64,000 nucleotides of DNA from Octopus bimaculoides (lineage: Eukaryota), in NCBI RefSeq assembly GCF_001194135.2, contig NC_068992.1, positions 49,935,555 through 49,999,554 of the forward strand. The letters run 5' to 3'. Both the position numbers and the translations under genes were made by a program. The notes beneath the pieces were generated by a model. That model worked only from the letters and a program-made list of their open reading frames with translations. It searched no databases and was not told where the DNA came from. This document shows, one piece after another, positions 21,935 to 33,455 of this stretch. Position 1 is the stretch's first letter. Each line of letters begins with the position of its first letter.

Positions 21935-23815
21935 ATGTTGTCATATTTTTGTCTTGAAGTACGAATAGAAATCTACAGTACGAGTCAGTTTCATAAAGCG
22001 ACTGCTAGTCAGCGCTGAACTCGCACGCGCTCTCCCAACATGCAAAGTCTCCGCTCGCTTAGTTAACGTGTTTATCTCCTTGTGGCAGCATCCTTCTTGT
22101 GTTTTACCCAGTGTTTTTGCTTAGTTTTGTGCATTTTTTACTATTGTTTTAAATAATTAGTTGTCTTAGCCATGGGCTCTAAAATGGTTAGCGCAAAGTA
22201 CAATGCTGAGAAGAAGAAAAAGATGATTACGATAGAATTGAAGAAGAAAATCATTCATAAACACGAGAAAGGAGTGCGTGTAGTGGACATAGCACGTCAA
22301 TACGACCGAAGCACGTCGATGATCTGCATCACCCTGAAGAAAAAGGAGGAAATCGAGGCCATTACAACAGCAAACAGTGTCTCCAGGCTCTCCAAGCAAC
22401 ACACATCTGTTCACGAAAGAATGGAAAAATTGCTTCTCCTGTGGATCAACGAGAAGCAACTCGCAGGAGATACGATTTCGGAGACCATCATCTGCGTGAA
22501 AGCGCAAGCGTTGTATGGGGATCTCCTGAAGCAGGACCCTGGAACATCGACGGAGGAGGAGACATTAGCAGACGCATTTAAGGCCAGTCACGACTGGTTT
22601 GATAATTTCAAAAAGAATCTACATAACTGCAGAGGAGAAGAAAATACCAGGCCACAAGGCTATGAAAGATAGGCTAACTCTCAGCCTTTGTGCCAATGCG
22701 AGTGGAGACTTGAAGATTAAGCTGCTCCTTGTCTACCATTCTGAAAACCCACGAGCGTTCAAGTCGCACAAAATCCTGAAGGAGAAGCTGTAGGTCATGT
22801 GGAGGGCAAACGTTAAAGCCTGCGTTAGCAGGCAATACTTCTCCGAATGGGTCAGCCTTGTCTTCTGACCAGCAGTGAAAAAATAGCTTCTGGAGAAAAT
22901 ATCTTCCTCTCAAAGCCCTCCTCATTCTCGACAATGCTCCTGCTCACCCTCCTAATTTCGAAGGTGATATCATGGATAAATTTAAATTTATAAAAGTTCT
23001 TTATCATTCACGCAACACCACTTCTATCTTGCAGTCCATGGACCAACAAGTGATTTCTAATTTTAAAAAATTGTACACCAAACACCTATTTCGTCGACGC
23101 TTTGAAGTCACCGAAAATACAAATCTGACCTTCGTAAGTTTTGGAAGGAGTACTACAATATTGTAAACCGTCTGAAAAATCATCGATATGGCCTGGCAGA
23201 GTGTAACGAGGAGAACGCTGAATTCTGCATGGAGGAAACTGTGGCCTGACTGCGTATCCGAAAAAGACTTCGAGGGGTTTGAGTTTGAAATCCCTGTAGT
23301 CGGGAAGACAGTGTCTCTTGGCAAGTCCATGGGCCTCGAGGTTGATGATGAGGACATTAACGATCTCATCGAAGAACACTCAGAGGAGCTGACGACAGAT
23401 GAACTTCTGCATCATTAGGAGCAGCACATTTGGATGCGGTGGAAGAGATTGGTTCCCTGGAGGAGGACAATGTAGCGGAGAAGGCTATCTCTAGCAGTGA
23501 AATAAAGGCAGTGTTGGCAAAGTGGCAGTATGTTTCTGAATTCATAGAAAAATATCATCCTAAAAAAGTAGCTCCAGGTTGTGCAGTTACTTTATTTAAT
23601 GACACTGTTCTGGCGCATTTTCGTAACATTTTGAAAGGCAGGAAAAAGCAGACTTCGCTTGATATGTTTCTAATGAAACGACCTGTAAATGTGAAAAGTG
23701 AAGAAAGTGTGTCCAAAAAGCCTAAATCAAACGAAGTGAGAGAGAAAATGCTAGAAATTGTTCTTCCTGAAGTTTTAATGGAAAGTGATTCTCCTTCCAA
23801 ACAGATTTGCTGAAG
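21935..23815 (+). mobile_element. Decayed Tigger/pogo-family DNA transposon (transposase pseudogene 22172-23813)
   Basis: CENP-B-type HTH region (KKKMITIELKKKII...MEKLLLLWINEKQLAGDTISETIICVKAQALY), DDE_1 motifs DRLTL.LCANASGD, LILDNAPAHP, LQSMDQQVISNFKKLY; broken by stops and frameshifts. Confidence 0.92.
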
Positions 23816-26429
23816 ATAGCAGCCAAATAGGTAAATAGTATACCTCAAACCCGTATCCCGTTATCTTGAAAAAGGATACGTTGGATAATGTAGCGTGGGC
23901 TCTCTGCACATAAGAAAAAGTGGGACAGTCACGGATCGGCTTAATGAGGATGGCCGGGGGCTAAACAACAAGACGTTTTCGTCGCTCAACAGCTCTTCTT
24001 TTGAAATATATATATTTCCATAAATAAGCATAGATAATTGAGTAGAGTCAATTAGAATGACTTATAATTCTTGATTCTTACTTTTTTATCGACGGCAGAT
24101 ACAACCAAACAAGCTATTGAGGGTTTCGGCTGAAACACGAACAAGGGAGGTAACTCTAAAGCAATTTGGAAGCCGCACACACGCTTGCTTCGGCTGTGGA
24201 TAGAATTCTGAAGACGATCCACCACTCTGTGATGAATGCCTTCACAGTTGTGATTAAACCGACTCTGCTGCTTCCACACCAAGGTGACCTGGCTACCGAT
24301 TGTCCAGAGATGTAGCGCTTGTACAGACGAAAAATAAATATTGTTATTTGTTTCGGAGATCTTGTTCCGCTTTTATTTTCGTACCAAACTGCATTTCCTA
24401 CACTTTCATTTTCAATCCTACGTTTATTGTAGAACATTTTTACATTTAGGGACGTTATTTTTTAGTTTCTCTGTTCTATACAACATTTTGATGGGTCTTC
24501 GGTTTCTCATTTATGCACATATTCATATTCCTTGGTTTAACTTGAATCCAGAACTATTTTTTTTACTTAATGCAGATCCAACCTCCTTTGTTATTATGAT
24601 GTAATTCAAAGTCAGTCGAACAAATTAGCTGCAACAAGCAGTGTTGTCGACTAGATATCTCATTAGGTATTATGACTACGACCCTGCAAGTATACCTCCG
24701 TACGGGCACTTCGTAGTCGAGAAACACTAGCGAACCGGTTGTTTCTTTGCTATCTTTTGAAGTACCTTGTGCTTCAAAACAACAAAATTAATATAGAAAG
24801 GGTTATGAATTCCATAACCATTTTGTGGTGCAGTGTTAGCCATAAACAGTTCTTCACTCGGTAATAATATCCTGTCATCAATCTTGTCGGTTTGGCTCAC
24901 ACTTTTTAAAATTTTACAATTAAGTTACATCAATAAACCAAATTGTCTATGATGAATTCATTAATTTTATATCTAATTTTCCATGCTAGCATGGGTTGGA
25001 TGCAAAATTAATCTAAAAATAAGCATTTTATGGCTAGTTGCCCTTCCTCTTACCAACCTTTCCCTGTTTGTCAAATCGGCTGTTTTTTTCCCCCTACTCC
25101 TTCATCGTCATCAATATTTAACATGCATTTTCCATGCTAGCTTGACAGGAACTGGCAAAGCCAGGTCTCATAGTTTGTTCCGGCTTGATTTCTACAGCTG
25201 GATGCTCTTCCTAACACCAACTGCTTTACTAAATGTCCTGGGTGCTTTTCATGTGGCACTTTGGTTTTCAGATGGAAATGCAAAACAACTGCTCTTATTG
25301 TCAACAGGAAATGAATGATTGTTTATTTTTGGAAGGACATTGTGGGGTAGGTGTGAGAGGTCAGACCTGACCAGTTTAAGCATAAAACAGGTAGAAAATT
25401 TGGGCCGGATATGGCTGTTTTAAATTAAGTTCAGTAACTGACTGGTATTTAATTTTATTGATCTTAATCAACTGGTATTTAAGTACAATGAACTTGTTAA
25501 TCAGTCAACTACAATAGCTGATTGATAATTACATTAGTGTTTTAGTAACTAACTAGTTAATTGACATAGCAACCTCATTAATTGATTGCTATTTAAATAA
25601 TCAACCTCAGTAATTGACCAGTACTTAATTGAATTGACCTCGATTAATGACTGGTAGTTAATTATCTTAATCAACCTTAGTTATCAACTAATACTTAACA
25701 TATTGATTTAAATCAACCTCAGTAACAGACAGGTAATTAATTATCGACTGCTACATAATTACGAGATTGATTGCCACATAATTATATCAATTTTAGTAAT
25801 TAAATATATAATTTAATTACATTGATCTCACCCATTAATTGAACCAGTAGTTGATTGTTATTAATTTATCCACTTTAGGAGACTAAAAAGTAAGTGTAAT
25901 ATCACTAGAATTTGAACTCAGATGCTACGAGTTAAATAATGCAAAGCATTTTAACCACTGCACCACCAGTTTTACCACCTCCCACCTTCACTACTTATTG
26001 CCTGCTATACACTGTGTCCATCACAAAAACTTATTACTAATGTTTTTTTTGTCATTACAAAATCTATTATTCTTTTATTTGTTCCTCAGTCACAGTGACC
26101 TTGCATCATGTTTGAATAGGACTCTTCACCTGCAACAAATCCTTTGTTCTTTTATGTAACCAGGTGTTTTTTAAGCCTTGTTATGAACACATTTCAAGTG
26201 TACGTGTTTTCAAACACATTTGTACATGCATACATATACACACATACACCTGAATACGTTTCACCCTCCCAACATGTGTGTGTATGTATATCTATCTATC
26301 TATCTATCTATATCTATATATATATACATATAATTTTTCATAGGAAAATATGTAATCGTTACCAATATAGCAGGAGATTTCACTGCAAAAAAGTCTAAAT
26401 TAGACTCCTTAGGGATCGTTCTCCTTGTT

Positions 26430-26572
26430 TATATATATCCAAAGTTCTAAATTTTTTAATTTAAGAGAGATTTGACGCTAATATCCATTATTAATGTAAT
26501 TTATTCCTAATAATGGATATTAGTGTCAAATCTCTCTCTTAAATTTAAAAATTTAAAACTTTGGATATACAT
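26430..26572. mobile_element. Small AT-rich foldback element in (TA)n
   Basis: About 64-bp arms (26430-26493 / 26508-26572) with a 14-nt loop. Confidence 0.75.
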
Positions 26573-28654
26573 ATATATATATATATGTATTCTGATATAT
26601 GTTTCAGCCCTAAGGCTGTGGCCATGCTGGGCATATATATATATATATATATATATAAGCTTGGAGATAGATATTATCCAGGTGGATACCGTATTAACTC
26701 TCTGTTAAGTTCCAGTTAATGGCTAACCACTTCGATCAGTATTTAGAGCCTGTTGACTACAATTTGCTGTTAGTCACTCTGGAGATTCTTCCAATGGGTA
26801 ATTTCATGTATGCTTAACTGCACAGCAAAGATTGTTTGGAATATTCTTTATTATTAATGATATNNNNNNNNNNATATATATATGATATGATATATATCAT
26901 GCTAACATGGAAAATGGACATTAAAGGATGATGATGATATACATATATACATTACTGTATCAATGAGACTATCAGATGTTGTAGCTTTCAAATGATGCCA
27001 TCCCACTGGCAAAGTGGGCAAACTAACACTCTCCTTCTTAAATGGAACACTGGCCAACTCCTGTCAAACTGTCCAACCCATATTGGCATGGAAAACAAAC
27101 ATTAAATGATGATGTTGATATATATACAGCCAGAGGTGGGCACCACCAATCGAAAAGTTAACTTCGTTAATCTGTTAACCAAAAAGTTGACCTTGCCAGG
27201 ATTTGAACACAGAATGTACAGAGCCAAAATAACTGCTTCTAAGCACTTTGTCCAACACGCTAATGATTCTTTCAGCTTACCCCCTTAATACTGGTTTCAG
27301 ATTTAGGCAGAAGGCCAGCAATTTTAGGGAAGGGGTTAAGTTGATTACATTGATCCCAGGGTTCAGTTGCTACTTATTTTACCGACCCTGAAAGGATGAA
27401 AGGCAAAGTCAACTTTGGGTCAGGTTTGAATCAGAATGCAAAGACAAACGAAATGCCGCTAAGCATTTTGGCCAGTGGGCTAATGGTTCTGCCAGCTCAC
27501 TAGCTTGCTTAACACCTTAATATTGCTGAGACCCCCTTCGGTCATGACTGACCATGGGATTGCACCAGAAAGTTACCCTCCCAGGGACAAGTCTGGGCAA
27601 GGTTGTTTATGGAAGACCAGCAGTCGCCCATGCATACCCATGCCACCAGTGTTATCCAAGGGCTGATACACCTTAATATTAATAGTTGCAATAACATAAA
27701 TAATAATGATTTCAAATTTTTGCTACAAGGACAACTTGGGTGAGAGGGATTAAGTCGATTACACTGACCCCAATGCGTAACTGGTACTTATTTAATCGAC
27801 CCCGAAAGGATGAAAGACAAAGTCAACCTTGGCAGAATTTGAACTTAGAACATAAAGACGGATGAAATACCGCCAAGCATTTCACCTGGTATGCTAACGA
27901 TTCTGCCAGCTTGCTGTCTTAAGATAAATAATAATAATGATAATAATAATAATAATAATAATCCTTTCTACTATAGGCACAAGGTCTGAAATTTTGGGGG
28001 AGGGGCTAGTTGATTACATTGACCCCAGTACTCAACTGGTATTTATTTCATTGACCCTGAAAGGATGAAAGGCAAAGTTGGCCTTCCTGGATTTTGAACT
28101 CAGAACATGAAACCAGATGAAATACCGCTAAGCATTTTGCCCGGCATGCTAACGACCTGCCAGGTCGCTGCCTTAATAATAATAATAATAATAATAATGA
28201 TAATAATAATAATAATAATAATGATAACATTAGTAGCAGTAATAGTAACACCATTAGCAATATGGAGACAGGAGGTTACGAATGGTGGGTATGTGATAAC
28301 ACAAAACATATACAAGTTTCAGTTAGAAATATAAATACATTTTCCATTTTTTTGAGGGGCAGGGTTGTTTTCCATGTATAAGACATCATATAGAATCATT
28401 ATTCAGGAGGGGTTAAAAATTCATTTATTTATTTATTTATTTATTCATTTATTTATTGATCCACAGGGAAGTAGTAAAAAACAAAAAAAAAAAACAAAAC
28501 AAAACATAATAATAAATATAAACAATTCCCAACCCTCCCCTCAACAATCATCATTATTATTTTGTTGTTGTAATAGAAGTGATAATAGTAGTAGTAGCAG
28601 TATTGGTTGTTGTTGTTATTGTTATTGTTGTTGTTGTTGGTGTCTTTAATCTGC

Positions 28655-29229
28655 NNNNNNNNNNNNNNNNNNNNNNNNNNNNNNNNNNNNNNNNNNNNNN
28701 NNNNNNNNNNNNNNNNNNNNNNNNNNNNNNNNNNNNNNNNNNNNNNNNNNNNNNNNNNNNNNNNNNNNNNNNNNNNNNNNNNNNNNNNNNNNNNNNNNNN
28801 NNNNNNNNNNNNNNNNNNNNNNNNNNNNNNNNNNNNNNNNNNNNNNNNNNNNNNNNNNNNNNNNNNNNNNNNNNNNNNNNNNNNNNNNNNNNNNNNNNNN
28901 NNNNNNNNNNNNNNNNNNNNNNNNNNNNNNNNNNNNNNNNNNNNNNNNNNNNNNNNNNNNNNNNNNNNNNNNNNNNNNNNNNNNNNNNNNNNNNNNNNNN
29001 NNNNNNNNNNNNNNNNNNNNNNNNNNNNNNNNNNNNNNNNNNNNNNNNNNNNNNNNNNNNNNNNNNNNNNNNNNNNNNNNNNNNNNNNNNNNNNNNNNNN
29101 NNNNNNNNNNNNNNNNNNNNNNNNNNNNNNNNNNNNNNNNNNNNNNNNNNNNNNNNNNNNNNNNNNNNNNNNNNNNNNNNNNNNNNNNNNNNNNNNNNNN
29201 NNNNNNNNNNNNNNNNNNNNNNNNNNNNN
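28655..29229. other. Assembly gap (N run); other large gaps at 49580-49880, 51580-52388, 57652-58156, 59790-60292
   Basis: N characters, mostly flanked by simple repeats. Confidence 0.99.
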
Positions 29230-29281
<52 letters not shown>

Positions 29282-29305
29282 TATATATTTATATATGTAT
29301 ATGTT

Positions 29306-29337
<32 letters not shown>

Positions 29338-29789
29338 CACACACACATACACAAATGTGTATATGTATATATGCAAGTGTGTGTATGTGTATGTATGTAC
29401 ATGTGAGTGTGTGAAAGAGGGACTATATATACATGTTCAAGTTATTTTAAAGCAAGTTTAAGAATAACGACTAAACATTTATACTGATGGGGGGGGGGGG
29501 GGNNNNNNNNNNGACTAAACATTTATACTGATGGGGGGGGGGGGGAGACTCAATACTAAAAACAGAGTCATCAGAATTATCATAAAATTCTTTCTGATTG
29601 GGACTTCAAATTTCCTTTCGATGGTTTATTCAACCAGTTGCATAAGCTGTAAGGAAACCTCAAGAGTCCCAATCAAAATGAATTTTCTAACACACACACG
29701 CATACATATGTATACATATACAATATATATACACACACACATACATATATAGACATGTGTATGTGTTGCAGCTTGGAATACAGTGAGAT

Positions 29790-29838
<49 letters not shown>

Positions 29839-29900
29839 AAGAGAGAGCTGCCAGTGTGAGCACCATTATGTGACAGTCCATTTTATTTCTCCTCCAGCCC

Positions 29901-31127
29901 CTACCGAGACAAACTAGACAGGGTGTTTGTAGATACATTAGTGCCCTGTCGACTTCCACCACTATTGTCTTCCCCACTATTGTCTTCATATCCAACTTGG
30001 TAAAGAAGAAAATGGGGGTAGAGAGCTTCAACAATGTCCCCACGACCCATCTCTTTCAGTCTATTCACTAATATGGTCACAGTGGCATTAGAGTCTGATG
30101 ACCATTCTTCTAGTGTTCGATTCGTTTTGCTTTCGTGCTTGTTGCTGCTGGAATCCAGTGAAGGGAGAACTTTTGTAAGCCCAAGTGTTACAGCTAGCAG
30201 GCACCAGTCTCGCCCCATCGGTTCAGCAGGGTCGAGCATGGCACTCAAAATACGTCTCGCATGGATAGTCAGCATAGAAATATGCAAGTCCACCCCCAAT
30301 GTAACATTATCCATGACATCAGGGGAACCGAGGAAAATAACCTCTGCGATGCATTCTGGTTCCATTTTGTCCAATTTGACACTAAGGGTATGATTCAGTT
30401 GACATTCAATGAGCTGTCTTGGAGAATAGCTGGATACCACTTTTACATGTTCTTCTAGCTGTCCCCTGTGAAGTATGTGTCGCTCTATTTGAAAATAGGG
30501 ACAGATGTCATGAATGATTTGTTCGACAGCTGTGACAAAGTCCTCGAGGAAGTAGAAAACTGCTGTCCGAGATTCTTTTGGACCACGGACTTTGATTTCA
30601 AAGAATTGTTCATTTTTGTCCATGTTTAGGATTCCTTCTAACTCACCACAGCAGTATTTGGAACCGTGGTGCCACTGGTACAAATCAAGTGAAGGATCAT
30701 CATTCTCCAGCACCAAAGTCCTTCTCAGCTGTACCTGAACTCTCGGGAAGAGGTATTTGAACTGATTACCGGAATCTGACACAGATATTATCCGCATCCC
30801 GCCGTAGATAGCATCTGCATAGTGTTGAGAGTCCTTCTGCCAGAGACCATTCAGGGTTTCAACGAAATTCAAACAAGGGAATTCATATTCGACGTCACCA
30901 TCATTGTCACATTGTGTACAGACTTCGAGACATTCGAGAACCTTAAGCAAGTCTAGAGCATCAGTTTCGGGGTACATTAGTTGAAATTCATCGATGGTAA
31001 AACAACCTGTAATCCGAGTCTGGAGGATCTTGTCATGAGAAATGAGGTTTCCAATGACATCCGTACACAACCAGTTGGGGTGGAGTACCACAAGGTCAGG
31101 CCCAGTTTCATTTTCAAGGTAAATCAC
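29901..31127 (-). CDS. DAPK1: DAPK1 last exon: COR C-terminal part, death domain and Ser/Thr-rich tail
   Basis: ORF 29901..31232 entered at the TTTTCAG acceptor (31128); [20 protein letters not shown] death-domain motif, ends NTLSSLSR*. Confidence 0.96.
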   Translation of the reverse strand: MIYLENETGPDLVVLHPNWLCTDVIGNLISHDKILQTRITGCFTIDEFQLMYPETDALDLLKVLECLEVCTQCDNDGDVEYEFPCLNFVETLNGLWQKDSQHYADAIYGGMRIISVSDSGNQFKYLFPRVQVQLRRTLVLENDDPSLDLYQWHHGSKYCCGELEGILNMDKNEQFFEIKVRGPKESRTAVFYFLEDFVTAVEQIIHDICPYFQIERHILHRGQLEEHVKVVSSYSPRQLIECQLNHTLSVKLDKMEPECIAEVIFLGSPDVMDNVTLGVDLHISMLTIHARRILSAMLDPAEPMGRDWCLLAVTLGLTKVLPSLDSSSNKHESKTNRTLEEWSSDSNATVTILVNRLKEMGRGDIVEALYPHFLLYQVGYEDNSGEDNSGGSRQGTNVSTNTLSSLSR

Positions 31128-31380
31128 CTGAAAAGTAAATAATAATGTTGTTAGTATAATAATAATAATAATCCTTTCTACTAAAGGTACAAGGCCAGAA
31201 ATTTGGGAGAGGGGACTAGTCAAATGCATCAACCCCAGTACTCAACTGGTACTTTATTGATCCCCAAAAGAATGAAAAGCAAAGTCAACCCTGGCAGAAT
31301 TTGAACTCAGAATGTAGCAGCAGATGAAATACTGCTAAGCATTTTACCTGGCGTGTTAACGATTCTGCCAGCTCGCCACC

Positions 31381-31444
<64 letters not shown>

Positions 31445-32140
31445 GAATAATAATCTTTTCTACTGGAAGCACGAGGCCTCAAATTTGGGGGAAGGGATTA
31501 AGTTGATTACATCGACCCCAGTGCGTAACTGGTACTTATTTGATTGACCCTGAAAGGATGAAAGGCAAAGTTGACCCCGGCAGAATTTGAACTCGGAATG
31601 TAAAGACAGACGATATACCACTAAGCATTTCGCCCAGCGTGCAACTGATTCAGTCAGCTCACCGCCTTAATAATAATAATAATAACAATGGTTTAAAATT
31701 TTGGTACAGGGCCAGGAATTTTAGGGGAGGGAATAAGTTGATTACATTGACCCCAGTGCACAACTGGTACTTATTCTATTGACTCCGAAAGACCAAAAGG
31801 CAAAGTTAACCTCGGTGACGTTTGAACTCAGAACAGACAGATGAAATGCCACTAAGCGTTTTGCTTGGTGTGCTAATGATTCTGTCAGCTTGCCCTCTTG
31901 ATAATAATAACAATAATAACAATCCTTTCTACTATAGGCACAAAGCCTGGGTTTTGTGGGGAGGGGAACAGCCGATCACACTGGCACCAGTACTCAACTG
32001 CTACTTAATTTATCGATCCTGAAAGGATGGAAGGCAAAGTTGACCTCGGTGGAATTTGAACTCAGAACATTGGGGCAGACACAGACAAAATACCGCTAAG
32101 CATTTCGCCCAGCTTGCTGACAATTTTGCCAGCTCACCTC

Positions 32141-32188
<48 letters not shown>

Positions 32189-33402
32189 CATAATGATCCT
32201 TTCTAGCTCTGGCACAAAGCCAGCAATTTTGATGCGAGAGGGTTAGTCAACTATATCAACTCCAGAGCCTGATATGTACTTTTGTATCATCCTTAGGGGG
32301 ATGAAAGATAAAACTGACTGAGGCAGGATTTGAAATCACAATGTAAAGAGATGGAACAAATATCAAAGGCAGATGCTCTAATGATTCAGCCAATCCACAA
32401 TCCTTAATAAATTCTAACATTGGGAGGATTTATCTTATTTGATCCCTGAAAGGGTGGAAGAGACAAACAAAAAGAAAACAAAAGACAAAAAAAAAAAATA
32501 TTACACTAGTGGAATTTGAACTTATTTAAATGTACAGCAAGCAAGAAAACAAGACTTACCTCACCAATTAACTGTAACTGGTGCACAAGGGATTTTAGAT
32601 CGATTTCACCTGCTAAGGGGTTAATCTTTGTGCGAACATGCTCTGAGAAACTCTTCCAATCTAATACTGGATATGATGATGAGGCTCGACGCCAGTACGG
32701 AAGTTGTGAGACCATGAGTTCCAAGAAGCCAGATGTTTGTGGTAATGACTGTTGAAATAGATGTAACAATGTCAATATAAGTCCTTTATATGCAAAAAAG
32801 CAGTACTGGATTAAAAAAGCCATCTGTATATCACACTCAATGTAAATGCATTGCAAAAAAGAAACTTTACTGGGATATTCATTTGAAGATATTTTTTATG
32901 GATGTGCTGCGTTTAATTCTTTAGCATTTAATCTGGTCATATCTGACCCAAATATTCCACCGGTTTCATGTTAAACCTGACCAGATCCAACATCTCACAC
33001 TTACCCTACAATGCCATTCTAAAAATATACAAACACAACATTGAAATCTCGAAGCCACAAGATAATGCATAATTAATTCAAAACAATGTAAATAAATAAA
33101 CAATATATTTGACAAGGAAATCTGAATGCTGAAGGATTAGAAATACAAATATATCTGTAGTGCATTCTCATCAGCCACTTCTAGGACGATTTTTATCTGT
33201 TACTGATATATTTGTTATTTAACAAATAGGCGCAGAAGTGGCTGTGTGGTGAGTAGCTTGCTTACCAACCACATGGTTCTGGGTTCAGTCTCACTGCGTG
33301 GTGGCACCTTGGGCAAGTGTCTTCTACTATAACCTCGGGCTGACCAAAGCCTAGTGAGTGGATTTGGTAGACAGAAACTGAAAGAAGCCCGTCTTATGTA
33401 TG

Positions 33403-33455
<53 letters not shown>

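Noticed and set aside
28579-29461. Long ORFs in the track containing X runs (also 49509-49901, 51563-52498, 57273-58527, 59571-60429)
   Set aside because: Artefacts of N gaps and microsatellites.
29469-29545. Direct duplication GACTAAACATTTATACTGATG(G)n
   Set aside because: The two copies flank a 10-N gap; typical contig-overlap artefact.
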